Part shown: positions 49,190-59,447 of the stretch, one piece after another
Position numbering within the stretch: the stretch's first letter is position 1
How the letters are laid out: each line of letters starts with the position of its first letter
Source: Promethearchaeota archaeon
GTDB taxonomy: Archaea > Asgardarchaeota > Lokiarchaeia > Sigyniarchaeales > SOKP01
NCBI GenBank assembly: GCA_029838195.1
Contig: JALGVJ010000042.1
Coordinates: 15,224-79,223 of the forward strand
DNA: 64,000 nt
Reading direction: 5' to 3'
Notes under the pieces: model-generated
Seen by the model: only the letters and a program-made list of their open reading frames with translations
Database searches by the model: none
What the model was told of the DNA's origin: nothing
Made by a program: the position numbers and the translations under genes

Positions 49190-50278
49190 ATGATTCATGA
49201 AGAAGATTTTCAATTAATCAAGCACTTAACAGAAATTCAAGGATGCGTGGGAAATGAAACAAGAATTCGTGAATACATCCTTAATCACGTGAAAACCTAT
49301 TGTGATAAAACCGAGATAGATAAGATAGGAAATTTAATTTGTTATCTAAATGGTAAGAAAGATACGAGTACTTCTAAACCTAAAATTTTATTAGATGCTC
49401 ACATGGATGAAATCGGGTTCATGGTGCGATACATTGATAAAAATGGGTTTATTCGATTCGCAGCCTTGGGGGGGCAGAACATGAGAATCTTACCCGGTCA
49501 AACCGTTATAATCCATTCAAGTTCCGGAAAAGATATAATTGGCGTAATTGGAGAAAAAGCCCTCCATTTAATTTCGAAAGAAGAGCGGAAAAAAGTTAGT
49601 TCTATTGAAGACCTCTTTATAGATATTGGTCTTTCAAGTGATAAGGAGGTGAAAGAACATGTCTCAATTGGTGATTATATTACATTAAAGCAAGAATGCC
49701 ATCCGTTTATTAACCATGAGAGAATCTTCGCTAAAGCATTGGATAATCGATTAAGTTGTTTCGTCTTAATTAAATTGATTAAAGAATTCGCTTCATTACG
49801 GAATGAATTAGATAAAGATCTAATCTTTCTATTTGCCGTGCAAGAAGAAATTGGCGTGAGGGGGTCTACAGTAGGGGCATATAAGCTAAATCCTGATTTA
49901 GCAATAGTATTAGATGTCACGCATGCAATTGATTATCCAGGAGTAAGCAAGGATAAATATCAAGAGTGTTATTTAGGATGTGGAGCAGCTATAGTAATTG
50001 GGCCAAATTTAGACCCTAAAATGACAAGAATGTTGATTAATGTGGCTCGGGATGAAAAGATTCCATTTGTTTTAGAGGCAGAACCACGTCCCACGCCGAC
50101 CGATGCTCGTGCGATTCAGATGACGAAATCGGGAATTCCATGTGCTTTAATTGAAATTCCCTTAAGATACATGCACACTAATATCGAGACATTTGAATAT
50201 AAAGATGCCCTGCACGTAATTAAGCTTATAAAATTATTTCTTTTAAAAGAGAGAGACGTCATGAAATTGAATGGTTAA
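49190..50278 (+). CDS. M42 family (TET) aminopeptidase
   Basis: DAHMDEIG, KALDNR, VQEEIG, DVT and LRYMH motifs; ATG 49190 preferred over TTG 49148. Confidence 0.93.
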   Translation: MIHEEDFQLIKHLTEIQGCVGNETRIREYILNHVKTYCDKTEIDKIGNLICYLNGKKDTSTSKPKILLDAHMDEIGFMVRYIDKNGFIRFAALGGQNMRILPGQTVIIHSSSGKDIIGVIGEKALHLISKEERKKVSSIEDLFIDIGLSSDKEVKEHVSIGDYITLKQECHPFINHERIFAKALDNRLSCFVLIKLIKEFASLRNELDKDLIFLFAVQEEIGVRGSTVGAYKLNPDLAIVLDVTHAIDYPGVSKDKYQECYLGCGAAIVIGPNLDPKMTRMLINVARDEKIPFVLEAEPRPTPTDARAIQMTKSGIPCALIEIPLRYMHTNIETFEYKDALHVIKLIKLFLLKERDVMKLNG

Positions 50279-50420
50279 GAATTGGTATTATTTCTTTTCT
50301 TTTCAGATTTATATAGATTTTCCACGATTGCTCATTTAATGAATATTATCAAAAAAATAAAAAATGAAGAATGTTTTCCATTTCTAACTAAAATTTCTAA
50401 TAATCAAGTTCCTATTTTTC

Positions 50421-51491
50421 ATGATGGTAAATTATAGAATTAAAAAAGGAATTTTTTATTTTTTAACCGCATGGCCAGCTTTATCCTCTTTAATTGGTTT
50501 TGCTTTTCCCTCTGAAGGGTATAATAATAGTCGATTTACCATTTATTTAATTCTTTTATTAGGCATATTAATAATTCCGTTTTTCATATTAACATTTAGA
50601 ACAGCCATGCCTGAACAAGGTCAAAATGAGATTAAAAAAGTAATTGTTCATGGATTGTTCCTGGATTTAGTTTTTGTTTTTAGCTTTTTAATTGGTTTTT
50701 CAATCCCCTTAATGGAATCTCATTCTAAATATAACATGGCATTAATCATGATTCCCTTGCTCATGGTTCTAACTCTCATCATTTTGAAACGATTTCAATT
50801 GAATGATGATGATCATGAAATAGAGCAACAGAGTTTGGAGATCCAGGAAAATAAATCATCTATGAATCCAAAGGGAAAACCAATTATAGAATTTAATGGA
50901 AAACGATATAGCTTTACCTCGAAATCTTTAATAATATTCGCTATTGGCACGCCTTTATTGTCCTATTTAACTTACTTTTTTTTCGATCTAGAATTTAATT
51001 TTTGGCTACATGAAATCGTGGTCAAGCAAACAGTTTATTTATTAAATTTATTCTTTCACATGGGCGTAAAAGCCGTTTATTCTCCTATAGGACGGTATCA
51101 TTGGTATTTCGATATTCCCGGTCGACCCAACATCTATTTTGAGACTTTTTGCACCGGCATTCAAGCGATTAACACATTTGTAGGGATTATCGTGTTCATT
51201 CCTCATTCCCTTGATGAAAAAAATAACCGGGATATTATTTGGCGAAAAACAAAAGCATTAGTGGTCTCTTCAGCCATATTTTATATTGTCAATATTTTTC
51301 GTATGGTCCTCCAGCTATATCTATATTATATCGGATATGCTTGGGAGGACATTCACGTTTCCATTAGCGCTGCAAGTTCGTTTATTGCAGCAATTATTGT
51401 TTTAATGCTTCATAAATGGATTCCGGAATTCATTTTATCCATTATTTATGCTGGAATCTTGATTTATCGAAAGTATCGCCCCACATCCTAA
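50421..51491 (+). CDS. Archaeosortase/exosortase family protein with an extra four-TM N-terminal region
   Basis: Cys (FCTG), Arg (NIFR) and His (DIH) triad positions in a multi-TM protein. Confidence 0.8.
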   Translation: MMVNYRIKKGIFYFLTAWPALSSLIGFAFPSEGYNNSRFTIYLILLLGILIIPFFILTFRTAMPEQGQNEIKKVIVHGLFLDLVFVFSFLIGFSIPLMESHSKYNMALIMIPLLMVLTLIILKRFQLNDDDHEIEQQSLEIQENKSSMNPKGKPIIEFNGKRYSFTSKSLIIFAIGTPLLSYLTYFFFDLEFNFWLHEIVVKQTVYLLNLFFHMGVKAVYSPIGRYHWYFDIPGRPNIYFETFCTGIQAINTFVGIIVFIPHSLDEKNNRDIIWRKTKALVVSSAIFYIVNIFRMVLQLYLYYIGYAWEDIHVSISAASSFIAAIIVLMLHKWIPEFILSIIYAGILIYRKYRPTS

Positions 51492-51585
51492 ATTAATAAA
51501 ATTTCATAATCATGCGAGGGTAATTACATAAAATTTTTTTATTCATTTCCTTTTAAAAAATTAACAAGAAAAATAGAGTGATTTC

Positions 51586-52488
51586 ATGTTAGAATTTGAA
51601 AAAGAACAAAAAACGATAACAATTGGAAGTGTTCAAGTAGGTGGTCAACCAGGAGAAAATCCCATTGTATTGATTGGAAGCGTTTTTTATGCAAATCATG
51701 AGGCATTATTAAACGAGAAGACGGGAGAAATTAATAAACATCTGGCTGAGCAAGAATTAAACGATTTCATAACGATCATTGATGATACGGGAATGCAGGC
51801 AATAATAGATATAGTTGGTGCTTATCCCGAAGCTCTTATAAAAGAATGTGAATTTGTAGCAGACATGGTTGATTGCCCTTTTTTAGTAGATGGATTGAAT
51901 GACGATATACGTATTCCCGCCATGGAAGGTTTAAAAGAAAAAGGATTGTTAAATAGAGCCATATTGAATAGTTTAGAAGAAAGCATTACCACTGAGAATT
52001 TAAACCGTCTTAAAGAAATTGGTGTTAAAAATGCCATTCTCCTCACATTTGGGAGTAAATACATTTATCCTAAACAAAAATTAGACTTGTTAATAAATGT
52101 TCTCATTCCTAAAGCAGAGCAAGCTGGCATTGAAAATTATCTCGTTGATACAGCCGTCTTGGATTTACCTTCCATTTCCATTAATTTCGAAACGGCCAGA
52201 CTCGTCAAGCAAGAATTAGGGATTCCGGTAGGATTCGCTCCCGCAAACGTGATCTATGCGTGGGAATTTATAAAAAAATATGGAGATATTTCGAGATGCG
52301 GAGCAATTGCATCTTTAATGACTTATTGTGCGGATGCGGGTAGCGATTTTATTTTATTTGGACCAATAAAATTTGCAAAATGCGTGATCCCTGCCTTATC
52401 TTTAATCTGTGGAATTAATTCCTACTATCGAAAGCGAATTTTAAGAAAGAAAATCTCAGATCTCACTCCTTTTAAAAAGATATTTTAA
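51586..52488 (+). CDS. mtrH: Stand-alone MtrH-like pterin:corrinoid methyltransferase
   Basis: VGGQPGENPIVLIGSVFY, ILNS, VDT, APAN and DFILFGP motifs; no other mtr genes nearby. Confidence 0.8.
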   Translation: MLEFEKEQKTITIGSVQVGGQPGENPIVLIGSVFYANHEALLNEKTGEINKHLAEQELNDFITIIDDTGMQAIIDIVGAYPEALIKECEFVADMVDCPFLVDGLNDDIRIPAMEGLKEKGLLNRAILNSLEESITTENLNRLKEIGVKNAILLTFGSKYIYPKQKLDLLINVLIPKAEQAGIENYLVDTAVLDLPSISINFETARLVKQELGIPVGFAPANVIYAWEFIKKYGDISRCGAIASLMTYCADAGSDFILFGPIKFAKCVIPALSLICGINSYYRKRILRKKISDLTPFKKIF

Positions 52489-52501
52489 TGAGGAGGAATC
52501 C

Positions 52502-53323
52502 ATGATATACAAGGAGCTAAAGCGATTTCGAGAAGCAGGACACGTGTTTGAACGCCTCTTACGTCTCTCTAGTTTTCCTTTAGCTATAAAATTAGTTAAA
52601 GATACAACTGAACTTCCCTTGAATTGCAAATCACCTCAAAAAGATTTAAATACAAAAAATTTTTTATGCCAGAACTTTAAAATTTCTCGCACTTATGGTT
52701 GGACGATGGCAATCATGAATGAGGATTGTGTTTGCAAGCTCGCAAGAATGGTATTTGGATGGGATCCTTACACTAAAGAAATGGAAGAATGGGCTCATCA
52801 ATTTAACGTGGGACTTTATTCAAAAGACCTTGAAACCTCAAAAAAACTGGAGAAGGAATTGTTTTTTTTAAAAGAGAAATATGAAGGAGTAGTGATCTCA
52901 CCTTTAACACGTACTAAAATCATCCCGGATGTAATCCAAATTTATTGCTTACCAGCTCAAGCAATGCGATTAATTCAAGCCTACTTGTACATGGAAGGAG
53001 GCGTCATGACCTTTACCGCTGCAGGACGGATTGGTTCATGTCATGATGGCGTTTTAAAACCCTTCTTAACTAATAAACCCCAATTAGTCATTTTAGGAAA
53101 TGGAGATCGCGTGTGGGGGGTCGCTGAAGATTCGGAACTCTTATTTTCACTCCCTTCACAGTGTCTATCCCTCATTTTAGAGGGATTAGAAAAAACTCAT
53201 GACGCAGGACTGCGATATCCCATTCCTAAATATATGAACTATGCCCCCGGCTTTCAAACAAGCTTCAAAAAAAAGGCTCAAGATCGGGCAAAAGGAACCC
53301 TAATTAAAGACGACTTAAAATAA
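52502..53323 (+). CDS. DUF169 family protein
   Basis: LRLSSFPLAIK, LCQ..R..G, PDV, PAQAMRL, SC and GDR motifs. Confidence 0.85.
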   Translation: MIYKELKRFREAGHVFERLLRLSSFPLAIKLVKDTTELPLNCKSPQKDLNTKNFLCQNFKISRTYGWTMAIMNEDCVCKLARMVFGWDPYTKEMEEWAHQFNVGLYSKDLETSKKLEKELFFLKEKYEGVVISPLTRTKIIPDVIQIYCLPAQAMRLIQAYLYMEGGVMTFTAAGRIGSCHDGVLKPFLTNKPQLVILGNGDRVWGVAEDSELLFSLPSQCLSLILEGLEKTHDAGLRYPIPKYMNYAPGFQTSFKKKAQDRAKGTLIKDDLK

Positions 53324-53853
53324 AATCTAACAAAAATATAGAACTCTTGTCTTTTCTCACGCTTTTTTTCATGTTTTACCTATTATTTAGTAAATTCAAT
53401 AAAAAATCCCTTTTAAAAATTAAAATCTAAAAAAAGGGAAACGGAAAAAAACAGAATTAAAAGCAGCAAGATTTTTCATAACGATTCCAATTATAAAACA
53501 ACTGAACGCAGCTAAAAAAGATTTCCCTTTTAATAGAATTTCTTTTTTCTCAGCTTTTAAACTCTGAATCGAAAATCCAAGTCTCGTTCTCAAAAATAGT
53601 AAGAGGGAAAAAATAAAATAGGGTAAATGCACTCAATTTTACGTGAGATAATAACACTAACACGCCGATCATGGAAGTATTCATGGCCGGAAAATATTTA
53701 TAAAAATTATTTCCGAGATAAAATCTTCAATTAGAAAAATTAAAAATATGATCCACGGGATATGAATCATTAGAAGAAATCCACCTTTTTATTTATCAAA
53801 TGGAAAATTCTCAAAAAATAGCTCGAAAAAGACAAAATTTTTTCCTTGAAACT

Positions 53854-53867
53854 TTCATGATCATGAA
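53854..53867. promoter_or_regulatory. Perfect 14-bp palindrome TTCATGATCATGAA upstream of the MFS gene
   Basis: Seen directly, just before a TTTATAAA TATA-like box near 53870. Confidence 0.4.
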
Positions 53868-54005
53868 GTTTTTATAAATTTTTAAAATCATGCCCTTTTA
53901 TTTTAATTTTTATCCGATCTTTGACGGGATATTCTATAGTAGAAAAAATTATTTAAATGATAACGGTTAAATAGGTATTAACAAAACTTTCATGTAGTCC
54001 GTGAG

Positions 54006-55424
54006 TTGATTTTGGAAACTAATAAAGATAATTTTGATAGTTACAAAGAAGATAGAAAGAGATTATCTTCTACACAAAAATTTACATATATTATTTCAGT
54101 TCTTCCTCAAACCATTTTAGCAGGAATATTCAATCTAAATTATGTGAATTTCTTTTGGGATAATCTCAAGCTCCAGCAAACTTATTTTGTCATCGGGCAA
54201 TTAATATACATGTTTGTAAATGCATTTAATGATTTTTTCCTCGGACGCTTGAGCGATCAGACTAATGTAAAAAAATGGGGAAGTCGGCGACTCATTTATA
54301 TTAAATGGGGTGGTCCTGCTTGGGCTTTAGTCTTTTTCTTGATGTGGTTTCCGTGGAGCTATACTAATCAAATAATAATTTTCATTCAATTCTTAGTAAG
54401 TATATGTGCTTTTGACATGTTTTTGACTCTTGTAATATTAGTATGGATGGCTCTTTTACCCGAATTAACAGAAAATCTTGCAGAACGAAATCAAATTCAA
54501 TTTTATAATCAAATTTTTCTCATCATTGGGGCATTTCCCGTGTTGATCTCATTATCGATTTTTGAGACTAGCTTACAGGCATTCCAACTCTTTACGGGCG
54601 TCATGGCAATTATTAGTGCGGTCCTCTATTTTATTGTAGGGAGCAAACTTCACGAGAGGCCGGAATTATATGAACATGAAGAAATCCCGGGACTATGGAC
54701 GTCGATAAAGGAAACTTTGAAATCAAAATCATTCATTAGTTATACCTCCTATAAATTTTTTAATTACGTGAATAATGCAATGAGCTTACCTTTTGTATTT
54801 GCATTTATTTATATTGTAGGAGTAGATGTTTTCACGGCGTCTATATTATTTTACATTATTTATACGATTTTTGGATGGCTGGGGTATGGTCTATACATGC
54901 AACTATCAAAAAAACATGAAATGCAAACTCTTATTATTCGAGGAAGGATAATTCATATCATCATTAGCATTGTAGGATTCATTGTAGTTTTACAACCAGG
55001 AATGGAATTAACAATTTGGTTATTCATGGCGATTCAATCGATTGTATCCGGATACTTGTTATTTGCATATCCATATTTAATGTTAGCGACTGATGAGGAC
55101 GAGGTTTTATATGGATATCGACGAGAAGGCATGTTTCTAGGGACAAATGCGTTTTTTATAAAATTCTCGGATAGCATTGGACCGATCATTGCTACGAGCG
55201 TGTTATTGTTTTTTGGTTTCGTACGAGATGCGCCCGTTCAATCTGCACAAGCTATTTTAGGCATTAAAGTCTTGTTTTTCATCATTCCCACCATCATGAA
55301 TGTCTTGGGACTGATTTGTATTTCATTTTATCCTTTAAAGGGAGATTATCTAAAAGAAATTAGAAGTAAACTCTTGGAACTCCATGAACAAAAAGCACGA
55401 GCCCATTCTATTTCCCAAGAATAA
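54006..55424 (+). CDS. MFS transporter, GPH/MelB-like
   Basis: NAFNDFFLGRLSD, GSRR and DEDE..GYRREGMF motifs; about 12 TMs. Confidence 0.9.
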   Translation: MILETNKDNFDSYKEDRKRLSSTQKFTYIISVLPQTILAGIFNLNYVNFFWDNLKLQQTYFVIGQLIYMFVNAFNDFFLGRLSDQTNVKKWGSRRLIYIKWGGPAWALVFFLMWFPWSYTNQIIIFIQFLVSICAFDMFLTLVILVWMALLPELTENLAERNQIQFYNQIFLIIGAFPVLISLSIFETSLQAFQLFTGVMAIISAVLYFIVGSKLHERPELYEHEEIPGLWTSIKETLKSKSFISYTSYKFFNYVNNAMSLPFVFAFIYIVGVDVFTASILFYIIYTIFGWLGYGLYMQLSKKHEMQTLIIRGRIIHIIISIVGFIVVLQPGMELTIWLFMAIQSIVSGYLLFAYPYLMLATDEDEVLYGYRREGMFLGTNAFFIKFSDSIGPIIATSVLLFFGFVRDAPVQSAQAILGIKVLFFIIPTIMNVLGLICISFYPLKGDYLKEIRSKLLELHEQKARAHSISQE

Positions 55425-55579
55425 CTCTCTCAAAGAAAGAACATGTATTGATGAAAGGAAATCGTTAGAGAGATTTTTTTTTTATTTTGCACGCATTTGA
55501 CACATCTAGTTCCCCTTAATTTAAGAGGTTTTTTTAAAACTCAAATAAAACTCTAAAAAAACGTGTTAAAAAAACCAAT

Positions 55580-57058
55580 TTAACTCAAATAGGTTGAGAG
55601 AATTTCTTTAGTTTTTTCTAAAAATTCAGGTAAATTTTTATCGATTAACTCTCTTTTATTTTCATCATCCATTAAAAAAAGAAGAAACAATTGGGTGGAA
55701 TTTATTGAAAGACCTTTGATGAGCACGTGAAAATTAGCAATGTTAAATAAGGCTTCACTTTTTTTCAAGGTTTTAAATTTTGAGAAAATTTTCCATATAA
55801 TCGCAAATTGGGGTGCTGTAAATTCAAGGATGTTTTTTAACTCTTGATCTAAGATCTTATTTTGATAATCATTTGGCGTCAATATCTTCTGAGAATCGTG
55901 AGAATAATAATCTCCTAATACTAAGCCTTCCTTATTTAATAATAAGCTTATAATTGTCTTACATTTCATCGACAGCTCTCGTATTTCGTGTTGAATTAAT
56001 TCTCTGTGGGGATTTAATTTTGCAATACCTGATGAAAAAGCTCTTAAAATGCTGAATATTGAAAAGATGCTCGTGATATAGAATTCTATTGGTTCCTTCC
56101 ACCGGCATTCATTAATTAATTTTGATTTAATGATTTGTATAGTTTCTTGAATTTCTTTAGTATTTAAGATATCTTCATCTCCCTTACTAAAAATAAAAAT
56201 GATAGGGGGCATTTCAGTGAATTCCTCAGAAAATTTCCTCAAAATTTCCTTAAAATAAAGAATACTTTCTTCTATTCGAGATCGATCTTGAATATCTATG
56301 AAATAAAATAATAAATCTGTTTCGTACAAATATATATGGGGCTTTTTTAAATAACCTTCTCTCAAAACCCGCTGGCCTCCAAGATCCCATAAAAAGATAA
56401 TAGTACCCCCAAAATTATCTAAAGTTGTTATATTTGCACCTCGTGTTGGTTTTATTTTTATTAATTCAGAAAATTTTCTTCCCATAGCAAGTAAAAAGGA
56501 GGTTTTACCAGAATTATCGAGCCCTGCCAAAAGAATTTTTAATTTTTTTGGAGAGAGTATTTTTATTATCGGAGTTTTTTCAATTTCAAGCAAATTCATG
56601 AAGAAATTTTTAAAAAAAGGTAAAATATTTTCCTCATTAGTGTGTCCCTCGGTTAATTTTGCGTCCAATTTTTTAATAAAGCTCAAGATTAATGGTTTTA
56701 ACCGATGAGTGTTATTATAAAGAAAATTCCGATTTTTTTCCTCTAAAAAAAGTGTTAATGTAGAAGGAACAAGGGACTCTTTTCCAATCTTTTTGATGAA
56801 ATGAAAATAAGCAATTCCCATTAATTTATAATCCGCAAACGGAATAATCGCAAATTCACTCACGTTCGTGTATTTTTCTTTTTCGGTGAGGATTTTATCA
56901 TCTATTAACAGGCTTAAGCTTTTTATGGAAATCCGTGTAAAATCCAATATTGAGAATTGATTCTCCTCAGAAAACATGAAGAGGGGTTGCGGACCTATCT
57001 TTTGAATGGTGCTAAATACCACGCCCTTGAAGACAGATTGCTTTATAAGATCTTCCAT
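55580..57058 (-). CDS. Longin-like domain plus Arf/Rag-like small GTPase plus roadblock domain
   Basis: G1 GLDNSGKTS, PTRG, WDLGGQ, G4 SKGD, G5 TSIF; N-term VVFST..IGPQP; C-term SLLLNKEGLVLG. Confidence 0.82.
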   Translation of the reverse strand: MEDLIKQSVFKGVVFSTIQKIGPQPLFMFSEENQFSILDFTRISIKSLSLLIDDKILTEKEKYTNVSEFAIIPFADYKLMGIAYFHFIKKIGKESLVPSTLTLFLEEKNRNFLYNNTHRLKPLILSFIKKLDAKLTEGHTNEENILPFFKNFFMNLLEIEKTPIIKILSPKKLKILLAGLDNSGKTSFLLAMGRKFSELIKIKPTRGANITTLDNFGGTIIFLWDLGGQRVLREGYLKKPHIYLYETDLLFYFIDIQDRSRIEESILYFKEILRKFSEEFTEMPPIIFIFSKGDEDILNTKEIQETIQIIKSKLINECRWKEPIEFYITSIFSIFSILRAFSSGIAKLNPHRELIQHEIRELSMKCKTIISLLLNKEGLVLGDYYSHDSQKILTPNDYQNKILDQELKNILEFTAPQFAIIWKIFSKFKTLKKSEALFNIANFHVLIKGLSINSTQLFLLFLMDDENKRELIDKNLPEFLEKTKEILSTYLS

Positions 57059-57486
57059 GATATTCCAAAAACCATTTTTTTATTAAACTAGTTTCAATAA
57101 CTATCCCATATATTTATCTATTTTAAAACTTGCCTTGACGAAAATCACGAATATTTGATATATATTTTCTTCAAATTTATTTTAAATTAAGAATTTTAAC
57201 GGTTGGATAAAATGTATCGGAAACTTTCATAGAATATGCTAAATTAAAGAGCTTGAGAAGATATAAATCAAGATCTTGAAAATTTTACGATGAAGAAATA
57301 TCGAATAGAAGGTTTATCATATAATTAGTAAAAATAGAACCATGACTTAATGACAATTTCATTAAATTTAGAAAGGATGATGCAAACATTAACATGAGAT
57401 AAGGAGATTTTAATAAAAAATATTCGTAAATGAACGTTATTCATCTCAACTAAATAAAATTTTTAAATATATATCATTAAAAAATC

Positions 57487-58455
57487 TTGAATTCCATGCT
57501 AAAACAAATTGCGAAAAGTATTATCAATAATAAAAACATTTTGGAGAAAAAAGAGCTAAATCCCATTGTAAATTATATTCAGACACACTCCTTTAAAAGC
57601 TCGCGCATTTTTTCTGATATTGGCGAAGATGCGGCAACAATATTGAATAAAGATAACCTAATTTTGGTCACTACAGATCGCATTAAAACGGATTTTATTA
57701 AAAATTTTCCTTACGGAGCGGGGTTCAGTTCGATTTTAGTGAGTGTAGACGATATTTATGCGTGTGGAGGAACTCCCATTGCCGCAAGCATCATTCTTTC
57801 ATTTACCTCTAAGGAAAAAGGACAGAAAATAATTGAAGGAATCTGTGAAGGATCAAAAAAATTCAAGATCCCCATCATTAGAGGCCATACAAAAATGAAT
57901 GCGGAGCATGAAGAATTAAGCACGACTATGATCGGAGAAATTAAAAAAGAGCATTACATATCAGCCGGTAATGCTCAAATTGATGACGCAATTATCTTGA
58001 TCATGGACGTGAAAGGAAGAGTGGGTAAAGCCAGCAAATTTTATTTCGATACGACAACGTTCAAGGATTCACGTGAAGTTTTAATAAAAAGAAAAGCCAT
58101 GAATATTATTGCCAGGAAAAAATTAGCCCATGCCTCTAAAGATGTTTCTAATGGAGGAATTTTTGGAACCATCTTACAGCTAATTAAATATTCACGAGTT
58201 GGAGCAGATATTAACATTACTAAACTTTCGATTCCTCCTATTCTCGTGGAAAAAAATTACGATTTGATCATGTTTTCTCAAATGTATTTAACAACAGCGT
58301 TTATATTGACAGCATCTTTAAAAAATTGCCCAGAAATAATTAATACTTGTAGGGAACACGATTTAGAAGCTTACATTATTGGGAAGATAATAGATCATCC
58401 CAATTTATTAAGAATTAATGATGGAATTAATTCTTTAGATGTGATAGAATTTTAA
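57487..58455 (+). CDS. AIR synthase-related (PurM/ThiL/SelD superfamily) protein
   Basis: IGEDAA, TTD, DDIYACGG, GHT and KDVSNGG motifs. Confidence 0.85.
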   Translation: MNSMLKQIAKSIINNKNILEKKELNPIVNYIQTHSFKSSRIFSDIGEDAATILNKDNLILVTTDRIKTDFIKNFPYGAGFSSILVSVDDIYACGGTPIAASIILSFTSKEKGQKIIEGICEGSKKFKIPIIRGHTKMNAEHEELSTTMIGEIKKEHYISAGNAQIDDAIILIMDVKGRVGKASKFYFDTTTFKDSREVLIKRKAMNIIARKKLAHASKDVSNGGIFGTILQLIKYSRVGADINITKLSIPPILVEKNYDLIMFSQMYLTTAFILTASLKNCPEIINTCREHDLEAYIIGKIIDHPNLLRINDGINSLDVIEF

Positions 58456-58530
58456 GGAGTGAATAATTTCATATTTTTAACTCTCTTAAATTTATCACGT
58501 GATTTAAAATAAAAATTAAGTTCTAAAAAA

Positions 58531-59022
58531 ATGATTAATTTAGAAGTAAAATTACCGGATACTCCAGGAAGCCTAATAGAACTTATAAAACCCATCTCTA
58601 ATAATTCCGGAAACATCTATGGTATTTTACACCACCATGATAAAAAAATTAATAACTTGATTCCTGTCTCTGTATCTTTTGAATTAAATGAAAATATTCG
58701 CGAGGTTAGTTTAAAAAAAATCCAAAAGGAGTTAGAAGAAAAAAATATAAAAATAGATAACATAACTTTTGGAGAAGAAAAACGGCATTTGACGGTAATT
58801 CTTACAGGGCATGTATTTGATAGCGATGTGGTGGATACCATCAAGCGATTGGCAAAAAAGAAAATAAAAGTATATGAATTGCAAGCTAAATTTACGGAGG
58901 TAAATGAAGTAAGCAACGTTAAATTCAAAATTGAATTCCCAGAATTCATGAACAAGGAAGATTTAATTAGAGAACTCAAAATTATATGCACTGAAAAGAA
59001 TTTATTTTTAATTCGTTCATGA
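58531..59022 (+). CDS. Tandem ACT-domain protein, probable homoserine dehydrogenase regulator
   Basis: LPDTPGSL..PIS..GNI and ILTGHVFD motifs; lies upstream of hom. Confidence 0.85.
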   Translation: MINLEVKLPDTPGSLIELIKPISNNSGNIYGILHHHDKKINNLIPVSVSFELNENIREVSLKKIQKELEEKNIKIDNITFGEEKRHLTVILTGHVFDSDVVDTIKRLAKKKIKVYELQAKFTEVNEVSNVKFKIEFPEFMNKEDLIRELKIICTEKNLFLIRS

Positions 59023-59177
59023 AAAAATCTACAAAGAGGAAACGCATGCCACGCTCTAAAATTCAAAAAGGTAAAATTAAATGTCCCACATGCAAAGAGA
59101 TCATTGAAGAGGGATTAATATTTTGTCCGGAATGCGGGAATAGAATACCAGAATTTTTGCGATATAATCCAGTTTAG
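59019..59177 (+). CDS. 52-aa zinc-ribbon protein (not in the ORF track)
   Basis: MKKSTKRKRMPRSKIQKGKIKCPTCKEIIEEGLIFCPECGNRIPEFLRYNPV*; ATGA overlap with the ACT gene stop. Confidence 0.75.
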   Translation: MKKSTKRKRMPRSKIQKGKIKCPTCKEIIEEGLIFCPECGNRIPEFLRYNPV

Positions 59178-59447
59178 TTTAAAGCTTTTTTAGCCGGGTT
59201 TGGGAGCCACTATAATCTTGAAATCTGACAGAAAGCATGTTTAGAATTAGGAAAAATGGAATATTTATCCATGTTGATTTAATTAACTTAAATCATAAGC
59301 TGTCCATTCCCTCACTATAATTAAGAATGTAAATTTTATTAATATCTGAACGAATCATTTATTCTTCAAGAAAAATTCCCTAAATGAATAGAAAACAAAT
59401 ATTAATTTGATTCATTTTTTAAATTATTAAATTGAATTTTATGGAAA

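Noticed and set aside
57487-58455. Calling the AIR-synthase-like gene selD, or treating it and mtrH as evidence of methanogenesis
   Set aside because: It has no N-terminal Cys/Sec-x-x-Lys motif, and no mcr or mtrA-G genes are present
59180-59320. GC-richer patch (TAGCCGGGTTTGGGAGCCAC) upstream of hom as a tRNA or riboswitch
   Set aside because: No cloverleaf or convincing stems could be built
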